Shown here piece after piece: positions 8,878-16,196 of a stretch of 55,880 nt of DNA. Numbering within the stretch: position 1 is the stretch's first letter; the number at the start of each line of letters is the position of its first letter. The notes below the pieces were generated by a model. It saw only the letters and a program-made list of their open reading frames with translations. It made no database searches and was not told where the DNA came from. The DNA is from a virus (Duplodnaviria; Caudoviricetes). Location: the IMG/VR virus record IMGVR_UViG_3300035182_000298, positions 1 through 55,880 of that record; one strand, 5' to 3'. The position numbers and the translations under genes are program-made.

Positions 8878-8973
8878 AGGTCAAGGTTAGAATCGAACTA
8901 ACTTATTTGCCGCGTAATGTCCCGCGGCATTTATCCATATTGTACATCTACTTTTGTAAAGATACACTTGACC
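8878..8973 (-). ncRNA. tRNA-like RNA with canonical acceptor stem and T-arm but non-canonical D and anticodon arms
   Basis: Acceptor GGUCAAG/CUUGACC; T-arm GUUAG-UUCGAUU-CUAAC; central hairpin UGCCGCG-GGACAUUA-CGCGGCA with an 8-nt loop; no encoded CCA; intergenic. Confidence 0.7.
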
Positions 8974-8990
8974 AACCAATTGCTTACTTG

Positions 8991-9317
8991 TTATTTTACT
9001 CTAAAGTTTATTACAAGTTCAGTATCACTAACAGACACATTTTCAATCAAATTCATACTGAATCGTAGCGTACTATTGGACATATTAACAACAGGTAAAG
9101 TTGTTCTGTCTTTTTCGTATGACTTTTGACTAGGTCTAGTACCAGCTTTAAAGTAACGATAATAAGCTTGATTGTAAGTAATATTTAATGTTTCTGCTAC
9201 GCTAGCAAGAGCCACTTTTTGATTTACTCCAGTTTTCATTAGCTCTAACACCGTCTTTTTAAACTCGATGATTTTTCTTGCAGATAATTTTTTGATGCTC
9301 ATTTTAAATGATTTCAA
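8991..9317 (-). CDS. basic hypothetical protein, possible HTH
   Basis: ALASVAETLNITYNQAYYRYF has a helix-turn-helix-like pattern. Confidence 0.55.
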   Translation of the reverse strand: MKSFKMSIKKLSARKIIEFKKTVLELMKTGVNQKVALASVAETLNITYNQAYYRYFKAGTRPSQKSYEKDRTTLPVVNMSNSTLRFSMNLIENVSVSDTELVINFRVK

Positions 9318-9467
9318 GGTTTACACTAAAAGATTTGGGTATTAGTAGTCAAGCTATTAGCTTTAAACTAAAAATACATGGTTATTATGTCAATTATGTC
9401 AAAATTATTTTGTAACTTAACTTTGTTAATTGTACAATTTGTTTAAGGGATATAGATTTTTTTGGTG

Positions 9468-9665
9468 CTACCTTTGTTTGTTGATGATAATTGTATGTTT
9501 CAAGATACTATCTAACTTAAAAATATCTGTTTGATAGAGAGCTATAGAATCTTTTAATTCTTTAACTCTGGTTGAATGCATCTCTTTTATCTTTTGCTTA
9601 TCATAATAAAAGAATAATAAAACAACAAGTATTATTAAAAGAGGGATTGGTTTGACATTTACCAT
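9468..9665 (-). CDS. small membrane protein
   Basis: N-terminal TM segment IPLLIILVVLLFFYY followed by a short coiled coil. Confidence 0.6.
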   Translation of the reverse strand: MVNVKPIPLLIILVVLLFFYYDKQKIKEMHSTRVKELKDSIALYQTDIFKLDSILKHTIIINKQR

Positions 9666-10129
9666 GATGATTGATAGTAATAATCACCACTAAACTTACC
9701 ATCTGAATCCATTTCTTTTTCTAAGAACTCAATAGTATCTTTAGTATCTTGATAATAATATTTATCATATTCAGTACTTCCAAAAAAGAAACCTGATGTA
9801 GTTGGTAGTATATCATTAGGAGCACTAGCAGCATCAAACTCCATTACTTTTTTACAAGCATCATATAGATTCTTTAAGTCTTCTACTGAAACATAAGTTG
9901 ACCTACCATCATCAACACTACTTTGACAATTTTGAACAAACCAATTATGGATATGATTGGCTTTTCTCCAATACATCACTTGTTCTTCAACATATGATAT
10001 TCTGTCTACTTTAATTTGATCAAATACTTTTCCATTTCTTTTAACAGTAACTTCAAACTGTTTTTCTTTGGGTATGTGTTCCCATTGTTTTACATATGTC
10101 TTTTTAGACAAATACATATCTAGTCCCAT
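9659..10129 (-). CDS. phage hypothetical protein (MGLDMYL family)
   Basis: MGLDMYL...YWRKANHIHNWF...LPTTSGFFFGSTEYD...YYYQSSW, a pattern I recognise from many phage proteins. Confidence 0.8.
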   Translation of the reverse strand: MGLDMYLSKKTYVKQWEHIPKEKQFEVTVKRNGKVFDQIKVDRISYVEEQVMYWRKANHIHNWFVQNCQSSVDDGRSTYVSVEDLKNLYDACKKVMEFDAASAPNDILPTTSGFFFGSTEYDKYYYQDTKDTIEFLEKEMDSDGKFSGDYYYQSSW

Positions 10130-10132
10130 AAT

Positions 10133-10510
10133 TTAATATTCCATTAGTTGCATGAATGATATTACATACTTTTCTCTTATCTTAGTAACAATAATCTCAC
10201 TACCATAATAGTGACTAGGTAATTCTTGTAACACTACATTACAAAATTCCTGAATTGGATCTATTACATCTAGGTTATTCTGTCGTGCTCCAACTAGGTT
10301 ATTATGCGCCATACTTAGAATATAATCTAAATCTGAATCGAATCCATTTTCTTTAGCCTCTTCGCTAAGGTACTCCTTGCCACTGCTTCCGTTTAAGTCT
10401 TGATCGAAAGAGAAGTCTTTAAACTTCTCTACGATGTTTTCTAAGGTAACTACTATTACTTCTAAGGTGCTGTTTCTATTCGTACTCATCTTTGACAATA
10501 TTTTCTGCAA
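10133..10510 (-). CDS. hypothetical protein
   Basis: ORF in the early operon. Confidence 0.6.
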   Translation of the reverse strand: MQKILSKMSTNRNSTLEVIVVTLENIVEKFKDFSFDQDLNGSSGKEYLSEEAKENGFDSDLDYILSMAHNNLVGARQNNLDVIDPIQEFCNVVLQELPSHYYGSEIIVTKIREKYVISFMQLMEY

Positions 10511-10790
10511 GAACTCTTGTTTGCATAAGTTTTAACTTGAGCTTTATTATTTCTAGCTCTAATTCTTCAGTGGTCATATCAGTTTTCTCACGTTGATCTC
10601 TAACAGCTTCAAATACCATCTCAGTCATATCGTCTTTTCTCATGTCAAGAAACTCACTTGTTTTTGCTCCATCAGTATAATTGAAGCAATAGCCTGATCC
10701 ATCTTCAAATTGGATACTGGTTACATGTTTACCTTGCTGTGTTAACACAACAATGGCTGCCACTAGGGACTTTGGTGTCATTTTTTTCAT
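10476..10790 (-). CDS. hypothetical protein
   Basis: 104 aa ORF containing IQFEDGSGYCFNY. Confidence 0.65.
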   Translation of the reverse strand: MKKMTPKSLVAAIVVLTQQGKHVTSIQFEDGSGYCFNYTDGAKTSEFLDMRKDDMTEMVFEAVRDQREKTDMTTEELELEIIKLKLKLMQTRVLAENIVKDEYE

Positions 10791-10805
10791 ATGTTTATAA
10801 GGTTT

Positions 10806-11030
10806 TTATAATTTCTCATCAATGTATTGGAAGCAGTTCACGATCATGTACAGTGTACCCAAGGATGATACTATATAAACAAATACCATTGGACTACAAG
10901 CTACATCATTTAGTGTGGTATCAAAAACAAAAGAAAAAAAGGCAGTTAATAACCAATTTAAACAAGTTACTAATATTATAATAGCTGTTGCTACTATTGG
11001 ATAGAGTAGTGTTTTTTGAATTGTATTCAT
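10806..11030 (-). CDS. small two-TM membrane protein
   Basis: Two hydrophobic segments in 74 aa. Confidence 0.6.
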   Translation of the reverse strand: MNTIQKTLLYPIVATAIIILVTCLNWLLTAFFSFVFDTTLNDVACSPMVFVYIVSSLGTLYMIVNCFQYIDEKL

Positions 11031-11057
11031 GTTATTTGTTGGGTTAGTGAGAGTTAG

Positions 11058-11270
11058 TTACTGATTGTCATCAATGATAAGGCTATCTAATGCTGTGTCC
11101 CCTAATGGAATAACTCCAACGGGTCTGTTATTATCAGATATAATATATCCTTGATCTGTGCATATCATTTGATACTCACAAGGATCTTTAGGATACACTA
11201 TTGGTGAGAGTAATAATCCAGCAATAGCACCCATTGTTAACATTATTATAATGTGTAAGACTTTATTCAT
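11058..11270 (-). CDS. small membrane-anchored protein
   Basis: N-terminal hydrophobic segment; C-terminus LDSLIIDDNQ. Confidence 0.6.
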   Translation of the reverse strand: MNKVLHIIIMLTMGAIAGLLLSPIVYPKDPCEYQMICTDQGYIISDNNRPVGVIPLGDTALDSLIIDDNQ

Positions 11271-11284
11271 TTTGTTTTAGTATT

Positions 11285-11494
11285 TTAAATGGTTAACTCA
11301 TCTTCATCAGCTAAATGGCTGTCATTAAACTCATTAGCTATATCACCTTTAAGTTCAAACACTCCTTTATTATGCTTGTTACTATTGTTCACAATCATTT
11401 TAAGAACATTGCGTAGGTGGTGAATATCCATAGACATTATATCTATGAATGTACCATCTTTTTGTTTCCAATAAACTATTTCTTTATTGTTCAT
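11285..11494 (-). CDS. hypothetical protein
   Basis: Contains WKQKDGTFIDIMSMDIHHLRNVLKMI. Confidence 0.65.
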   Translation of the reverse strand: MNNKEIVYWKQKDGTFIDIMSMDIHHLRNVLKMIVNNSNKHNKGVFELKGDIANEFNDSHLADEDELTI

Positions 11495-11933
11495 TTGATT
11501 GATTTTCTAAACCATTAAGCTCACATTCGTTTTTTAAATCATTAAAAGAATTATACCATTCTAACTGTTCTGGAGTTAGTTTTGATTTTAAATCTTTTAT
11601 TAATTCAAGTTGTTCTTCTTTCCACCATTTGTATTCAAGATGTGCTTGATAATTATCAGATACATCTTCAATATCTTCAGATGTTAATCTTGAAGGATGA
11701 TTGTTTTCTATCTCTTGTTCAAGCTGTTGAATATAAGAAATAGGATAAGATTCAAAAGTAATTTCTTTTTCAGCTGTAGAATATCCTCCACCAATTAGTG
11801 CAAGTTTTTCTCTAACCATAAATAAACATGGTCTAATATTACCTAACCCTAATGGAGACTCTGTTTCTAAATGATATTTAGTTAACAGTCTTTCTAGTTG
11901 TTCTAATTCTAAGTTTGTCATTTTATTTTGCAT
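11484..11933 (-). CDS. hypothetical protein, first gene of the long early operon
   Basis: 149 aa ORF starting about 65 nt downstream of the twister ribozyme. Confidence 0.65.
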   Translation of the reverse strand: MQNKMTNLELEQLERLLTKYHLETESPLGLGNIRPCLFMVREKLALIGGGYSTAEKEITFESYPISYIQQLEQEIENNHPSRLTSEDIEDVSDNYQAHLEYKWWKEEQLELIKDLKSKLTPEQLEWYNSFNDLKNECELNGLENQSNEQ

Positions 11934-11999
11934 ATTATTACAACTTGCCAGTTGCTTGTTATTGGTTATTCATTCACTAAAGTAGAATGATTCACTTAA

Positions 12000-12140
12000 T
12001 ATTATCCCTCTGCACTCAGTTGTAATAACTAAAATCTTTCATTTAGTATCAGAGATCACCCATCAATCAACTATGTTTAGATTGACACTGTGTATTACAA
12101 CTGCTCACCCTTGGGAAGTGAGAATGGTGCATTAATAATA
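12000..12140 (-). ncRNA. twister self-cleaving ribozyme (P1 type with a long P5 insertion)
   Basis: UAUUAU-UAA-UGCA-CC-AUU-CUCAC-UUCCCAAGG-GUGAG-[P5 CAGUUGUAAUA...UAUUACAACUG]-AG-UGCA-GAGGG-AUAAUA. P1, P2 and P4 pair, as do both pseudoknots (CC/GG and CCC/GGG). Predicted cleavage U^A at 12134/12133. Confidence 0.88.
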
Positions 12141-12346
12141 GACATTATTGTTTAGTCTATTGATTTGTAATCAGGAAAAAATTAAGATTTCTCGCCTGAT
12201 CTATAGGATACTACCCTACTTATATAAGATTACATATAATAGAAATATGATCCTATCATTAGTTCAAGGATATTGATTAGTGTGACTTAGAGTTGATGGA
12301 TTGATGTGTAAAGTAATAATTAAGTTATCTAGTGCCGCGTTTTTGA

Positions 12347-12362
12347 TGTTTCATGTGGAACA
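12347..12362. promoter_or_regulatory. parS-like site
   Basis: TGTTTCATGTGGAACA has one mismatch to the bacterial parS consensus TGTTTCACGTGNAACA; intergenic. Confidence 0.4.
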
Positions 12363-12699
12363 AGTAACTATAATGAATGAGTGTGAGAGGTATATACTCC
12401 TCACATTCAATCACTTACACATTTATTCTACTACTTGATTAGTAGAGATTGCAGTAATTATATGCATCTTAGAATAATGCAAATGTTATTGCAGAAACAA
12501 CGCTTATCATTGGTGGTAAGTGCTAATAATTGCGGGAAAACACTACATCTTAATTTTGTAATATATTGATTCTGTAACAATTTGTACTATTCTAATACGA
12601 ATTTACCCGCACAATACTGTTAAGAATGCGTTGTTGAAGTGTGGCGCAACGCGCGAACAACTGTTGCGAAGCAACGCCTTATTTTGAAGCGACATAAAG

Positions 12700-12737
12700 C
12701 TGTAATGAGCAAGGGGTATTTTCCTTGCTCATTACAG
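12700..12737 (-). terminator. perfect 15-bp inverted repeat after gene 12747-13277 (terminator or processing stem)
   Basis: CTGTAATGAGCAAGG-N8-CCTTGCTCATTACAG; the U-tract is weak. Confidence 0.65.
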
Positions 12738-12746
12738 AGTGTCTGC

Positions 12747-13277
12747 TTACTTGCGTGCTCGTGCTCGTGGTTTTGAGACTGCTCTTGCAGGTGTCGCAGG
12801 TGGCGTAGCAGTTGGTCCTGCAAGATTAGCGGGTGTACTTGCTTTAGCAGGTGCGTTGCTGTCTTTGGACGTATCACGTTTTTTGAAGCCTGCTTTAAGT
12901 GCACTTGCGAAGTTTTCGTTCGCACGCTTGCTCGAAGACTCAAAATCATCGTACGCACGATAGCGTCCCAATAGATAGTCGCCACTATCAGCGGTTTTAC
13001 CGTCTAACCACGTGATTTGACCTGATTTGAATGGTGGTGGGACTTCTACTTCAAGTTCATCACCTACTTCATTAACCAAGATTTGGTAGCGTGGTACAAA
13101 CCAAAGAGGTGTGCCTGTATCAGCGTCCTCAATAAGTTTGTACTTACCTGTGGAGTCAAGCTCTGCCTCTTGTTCCACGTTGTCGCAATATTCATCAAGT
13201 TGCTCTTGCGACCCAATGACTTCATACGTGTAACTGCGACCGTTAACACGTAAAAACTTTACTGATAATGTTTCCAT
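12747..13277 (-). CDS. putative immediate-early protein with a basic Ala/Pro/Lys/Arg-rich C-terminal tail
   Basis: 176 aa and visibly more GC-rich than its neighbours; tail APAKASTPANLAGPTATPPATPARAVSKPRARARK; flanked by a hairpin motif and a terminator. Confidence 0.75.
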   Translation of the reverse strand: METLSVKFLRVNGRSYTYEVIGSQEQLDEYCDNVEQEAELDSTGKYKLIEDADTGTPLWFVPRYQILVNEVGDELEVEVPPPFKSGQITWLDGKTADSGDYLLGRYRAYDDFESSSKRANENFASALKAGFKKRDTSKDSNAPAKASTPANLAGPTATPPATPARAVSKPRARARK

Positions 13278-13306
13278 AAGTTTCTTTTTTAAGATTAGAT
13301 AATAAC

Positions 13307-13350
13307 AAGTAACGTAAGAAATTGAGAATGAACGAAGTGAATTCTTAATT
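13307..13350 (-). promoter_or_regulatory. bipartite hairpin motif, copy 1 (candidate early/virion-RNAP promoter)
   Basis: Plus strand AAGTAACGTAAG-N9-ATGAACGAAGTGAAT; the hairpin extends over 13320-13350; about 30 nt upstream of the ATG at 13277. Confidence 0.55.
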
Positions 13351-13359
13351 GATTGGTGT

Positions 13360-13387
13360 AAAAGGGTGCAGAAAACTCTGCTACCCT
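13360..13387 (-). terminator. putative terminator after small ORF 13409-13519
   Basis: AGGGTAGCAGA-GTTT-TCTGCACCCT then TTT on the minus strand. Confidence 0.5.
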
Positions 13388-13408
13388 ACAAGGCTGTGTG
13401 GCGAACAT

Positions 13409-13519
13409 CTATCGAAGTTCTTTCAGATATTCTAAACGCTGTGCATAGCAATCAGCAATGGATACACCACTGATTACTATAGCAATATCTGTAAACCACA
13501 TATATACAATATCATACAT
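13409..13519 (-). CDS. 36-aa peptide, putative first early gene
   Basis: Read by hand: MYDIVYMWFTDIAIVISGVSIADCYAQRLEYLKELR. Lies between motif copy 2 and a terminator-like hairpin. Confidence 0.4.
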   Translation of the reverse strand: MYDIVYMWFTDIAIVISGVSIADCYAQRLEYLKELR

Positions 13520-13532
13520 AGTGACTGACAAT

Positions 13533-13570
13533 AAGTAACGTAAGTAATCCCAGATGAACGAAGTGAATCT
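13533..13570 (-). promoter_or_regulatory. bipartite hairpin motif, copy 2
   Basis: AAGTAACGTAAG-N9-ATGAACGAAGTGAAT with identical boxes and spacing but a different spacer sequence; outer stem AGAT/ATCT. Confidence 0.55.
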
Positions 13571-13749
13571 ATGTCTCAAAGAATTCTTTTTTTGTTTAGT
13601 TTTCTGATTTTCAAAACTTATCTACAAAGTGACGGGGGTACCAGGTAGACATCATCGAGGCGGGGATTGTTACACTAGGTACCAATCACATCCTCTAATA
13701 TTAAAAACATCATATAGTGGGATAAAAATTTCTAGTATTGATAATCAAA

Positions 13750-13782
13750 TTTGGAAAATTTAAATTTTACTTTATATATTTG
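13750..13782 (+). promoter_or_regulatory. Bacteroidota-type housekeeping sigma promoter for the rightward module
   Basis: TTTG (13750-13753), N21, TATATTTG (13775-13782) matches the -33 TTTG / -7 TAnnTTTG consensus, about 45 nt before the first rightward ATG. Confidence 0.65.
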
Positions 13783-13826
13783 TATTTCTATTACGTTAGT
13801 ATAACCAACAAAAATTATTAAATAAT

Positions 13827-14063
13827 ATGTCAGAAAAACAAGAACGTCCATCTAGAGAGCAGATGGTTCAGTGGTACAAGGATGAGATTGAGTTAGCTTC
13901 TTTTCGTGCTGATTTGTCTAAGTTACAAAGGGATGCCGCTGTATATGAAGCAGAGCGTATTAATGCAATTGGTGCTATTGCACAGATGACACAACCTGAG
14001 CAGGAGGATGCTGATCAAACTAAAGTAAAAAAATTAAAGAAAGAAGTTCTAAATGCAGATTAA
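13827..14063 (+). CDS. hypothetical coiled-coil protein
   Basis: First rightward ORF, 78 aa. Confidence 0.7.
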   Translation: MSEKQERPSREQMVQWYKDEIELASFRADLSKLQRDAAVYEAERINAIGAIAQMTQPEQEDADQTKVKKLKKEVLNAD

Positions 14064-14502
14064 CAGAGTAGTGAAGAAGGTGAGGTTAGACTCAATGTTA
14101 AGTGCTGTGAAGTATCAGCTTATTACGGAGTTGGTATTTTTACGTAAGCAGTTATTGATTGATTCTGATCTCACTTATCTTTCATTGCTTACCATTATGG
14201 GACCTATGCCACTAAAGGACTTTTGTACAAAAGCTGTAGTATATGTATATGGACAAGAAATTCTTCATGATGTACTCAAGCATCCAGTAAAAGTACAGAC
14301 TGTAAGAAACAGATTGGGTTTATTACAGAAGCGGGGATTTATTATTAAACAGGGTAAGGGTAAGAAGATGCTTATGCTTAACCCTGCAATTCCTGTAGTC
14401 AAGCAGGGGAATGTATTGTTAGAATATAATTTCATATACGTTGAGACCAAAGAAAGCCAAGGAGTCAATAGCTCAGATCGCGAAAGAGTTGCAACTTTCT
14501 GA
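14053..14502 (+). CDS. putative winged-HTH DNA-binding protein
   Basis: QTVRNRLGLLQKRGFIIKQGKGKKMLMLNP resembles a wHTH recognition helix plus wing. Confidence 0.6.
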   Translation: MQINRVVKKVRLDSMLSAVKYQLITELVFLRKQLLIDSDLTYLSLLTIMGPMPLKDFCTKAVVYVYGQEILHDVLKHPVKVQTVRNRLGLLQKRGFIIKQGKGKKMLMLNPAIPVVKQGNVLLEYNFIYVETKESQGVNSSDRERVATF

Positions 14503-14827
14503 ACAGGAAGTTAAATCTGTGTTGGATATCTACTGGGATAAGATAAGAAAAACACTCAGCTCATTAGAACACAATAAAGTATTTCTTAAAGGATTGGGTA
14601 CATTCTACATCAAGACATGGTCATTAGAAAAGAGGCTCAAGATTAATGAAAATAAGGTAAGTAATTGTATGGAGAATCCATCTGCTTCAGGTTTGCAGAT
14701 GATGAATGATATATTTAAAGAGAACATAAAGCTCAACGCAGTCAAGCAGCGCGATATGGTTCAGAATCGAATAAAGTCTAGAAAAAGAGATGAAAGACGT
14801 AATCAAGATTTGGAAGGAGAAGGGTAA
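14441..14827 (+). CDS. HU/IHF-like DNA-binding protein
   Basis: IAKELQLSEQEVKSVLDIYWDKIRKTL...KVFLKGLGTFYIK carries the HU-family signature. Confidence 0.8.
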   Translation: MRPKKAKESIAQIAKELQLSEQEVKSVLDIYWDKIRKTLSSLEHNKVFLKGLGTFYIKTWSLEKRLKINENKVSNCMENPSASGLQMMNDIFKENIKLNAVKQRDMVQNRIKSRKRDERRNQDLEGEG

Positions 14828-15122
14828 GATTCTAGAAGGTATAAAGAATAATATCTTCAAAAACGCTGATGTCGAGAACATTGCAGCAGAACGTATGAGT
14901 ATATGCGAGACTTGCCCCTACTTAGATAAGAGTGGTTCACATTGTATGGTACCAGGCACACAACCTTGTTGTGGGTTATGTGGTTGTTCTCTTGCACTTA
15001 AGACAAGAGCATTATCAGCAGCTTGTGATATACACAAGTGGATGGGTATTGTGAGTCATCAAGAGCAAATCATTATTGATCAACATCTCTCTCAAGAAAA
15101 TACAAATGAAACTACTATTTGA
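14790..15122 (+). CDS. Cys-rich, probably Zn-binding protein
   Basis: RMSICETCP...CCGLCGCSLALKTR...CDIHKW. Confidence 0.75.
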   Translation: MKDVIKIWKEKGKILEGIKNNIFKNADVENIAAERMSICETCPYLDKSGSHCMVPGTQPCCGLCGCSLALKTRALSAACDIHKWMGIVSHQEQIIIDQHLSQENTNETTI

Positions 15123-15924
15123 TCAAAAGACACACACGTACAGAACAGCAGAAAATGAAGAATTTATAAGCGTAACTAAACTACTCTCGCACTACAAACA
15201 ACCCTTTGACAAAGTGAGCATTAGTCTTAAAGCATCACGCAATAAGAAAGGCAAGTGGTATGGAATGAATCCAGAGGAAATTGTTGACGTGTGGACAAAA
15301 GAATCAGAACGAAGTGTACAACTAGGAAATTGGTATCACAATCAAAGAGAGTCTGACATACTAGAATGTAATTCAATTTCATACGATAATTCACTGCTGC
15401 CTGTGTTTCCTTGTACTTATGATGAGTCAGGAGATAAGGTAGCTACAAGTCAAAAGTTAGATGAAGGGGTGTATCCAGAATTTTTTCTGTATCTTCCATC
15501 AGCAGGTATAGCAGGACAAAGTGATCGAATCACTATTGTTAATGGCAAAGTTGACATCCTAGACTATAAAACCAACAAGGAGATCAAAGCCACTTCTTTT
15601 AAGAATTATGAAGGTATTTCTCAAAAGATGCTATACCCGCTGAATCATCTGGATGATTGTAACCTGAATCACTATGCAATTCAGCTTTCTATTTATATGT
15701 ATATTATAATCAAACATAATCCCCAGTATTTACCTGGGAAATTAACGCTCAATCACATCATATTTCAAGAGGACTTTGATAAAGATTCTTATGGATATCC
15801 CATCTATTTACGCGATAATGATGGTAACTTTATAGTCAAAGAAGTTATCCCTTATCAAGTTCCTTATCTTAAAGATGAAGTGATGCAGTTAATACAACAC
15901 TATCAATTAACAAAAAAACTATGA
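15076..15924 (+). CDS. PD-(D/E)xK (RecB/Cas4-like) nuclease
   Basis: SVTKLL, GNWYH, IAGQSDRI...ILDYKTN and HYAIQLSIY motifs. True start is probably MKLLFD. Confidence 0.85.
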   Translation: MINISLKKIQMKLLFDQKTHTYRTAENEEFISVTKLLSHYKQPFDKVSISLKASRNKKGKWYGMNPEEIVDVWTKESERSVQLGNWYHNQRESDILECNSISYDNSLLPVFPCTYDESGDKVATSQKLDEGVYPEFFLYLPSAGIAGQSDRITIVNGKVDILDYKTNKEIKATSFKNYEGISQKMLYPLNHLDDCNLNHYAIQLSIYMYIIIKHNPQYLPGKLTLNHIIFQEDFDKDSYGYPIYLRDNDGNFIVKEVIPYQVPYLKDEVMQLIQHYQLTKKL

Positions 15925-16196
15925 TATTAAAAGGAAAACGTGTGCTACTTAATCGTCCACACATTGAGAAATCAGTTATTGAAATGACACAAGATGTCCA
16001 AGACAAAATAAACAAAGACAACTTTGCTAAGTGGACACAGCTTGAAGTATTTGCTATAGGAGAAGAGGTCACAGGAATTAACCCTGGTGATAAAGTCTAT
16101 ATTAGTAAAAATGGAATTGAACACTGTGAAATAATAGAGATTGAAGATAGTCTCAAACTCATAGTGAATGAAGGTCAAATATGTTTAATATGGTAA
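15921..16196 (+). CDS. GroES-like co-chaperonin
   Basis: LKGKRVLL...EVFAIGEEVTGINPGDKVYI...LIVNEGQICLIW follows the Cpn10 pattern; 91 aa. Confidence 0.75.
   Translation: MILKGKRVLLNRPHIEKSVIEMTQDVQDKINKDNFAKWTQLEVFAIGEEVTGINPGDKVYISKNGIEHCEIIEIEDSLKLIVNEGQICLIW

Noticed and set aside
12620-13249. Alternative-frame ORFs 12620-12985, 12739-12963 and 13064-13249
   Set aside because: They are shadows of the GC-richer gene 12747-13277, and one runs through its terminator stem.
13307-13568. CRISPR mini-array reading of the repeated motif
   Set aside because: Only two copies, 226 nt apart, each with a variable internal 9-mer; no cas genes in the window.
15307-15316. GAACGAAGTG, a partial match to the hairpin box
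   Set aside because: It lies inside the nuclease CDS and lacks the outer stem and the first box; probably chance.
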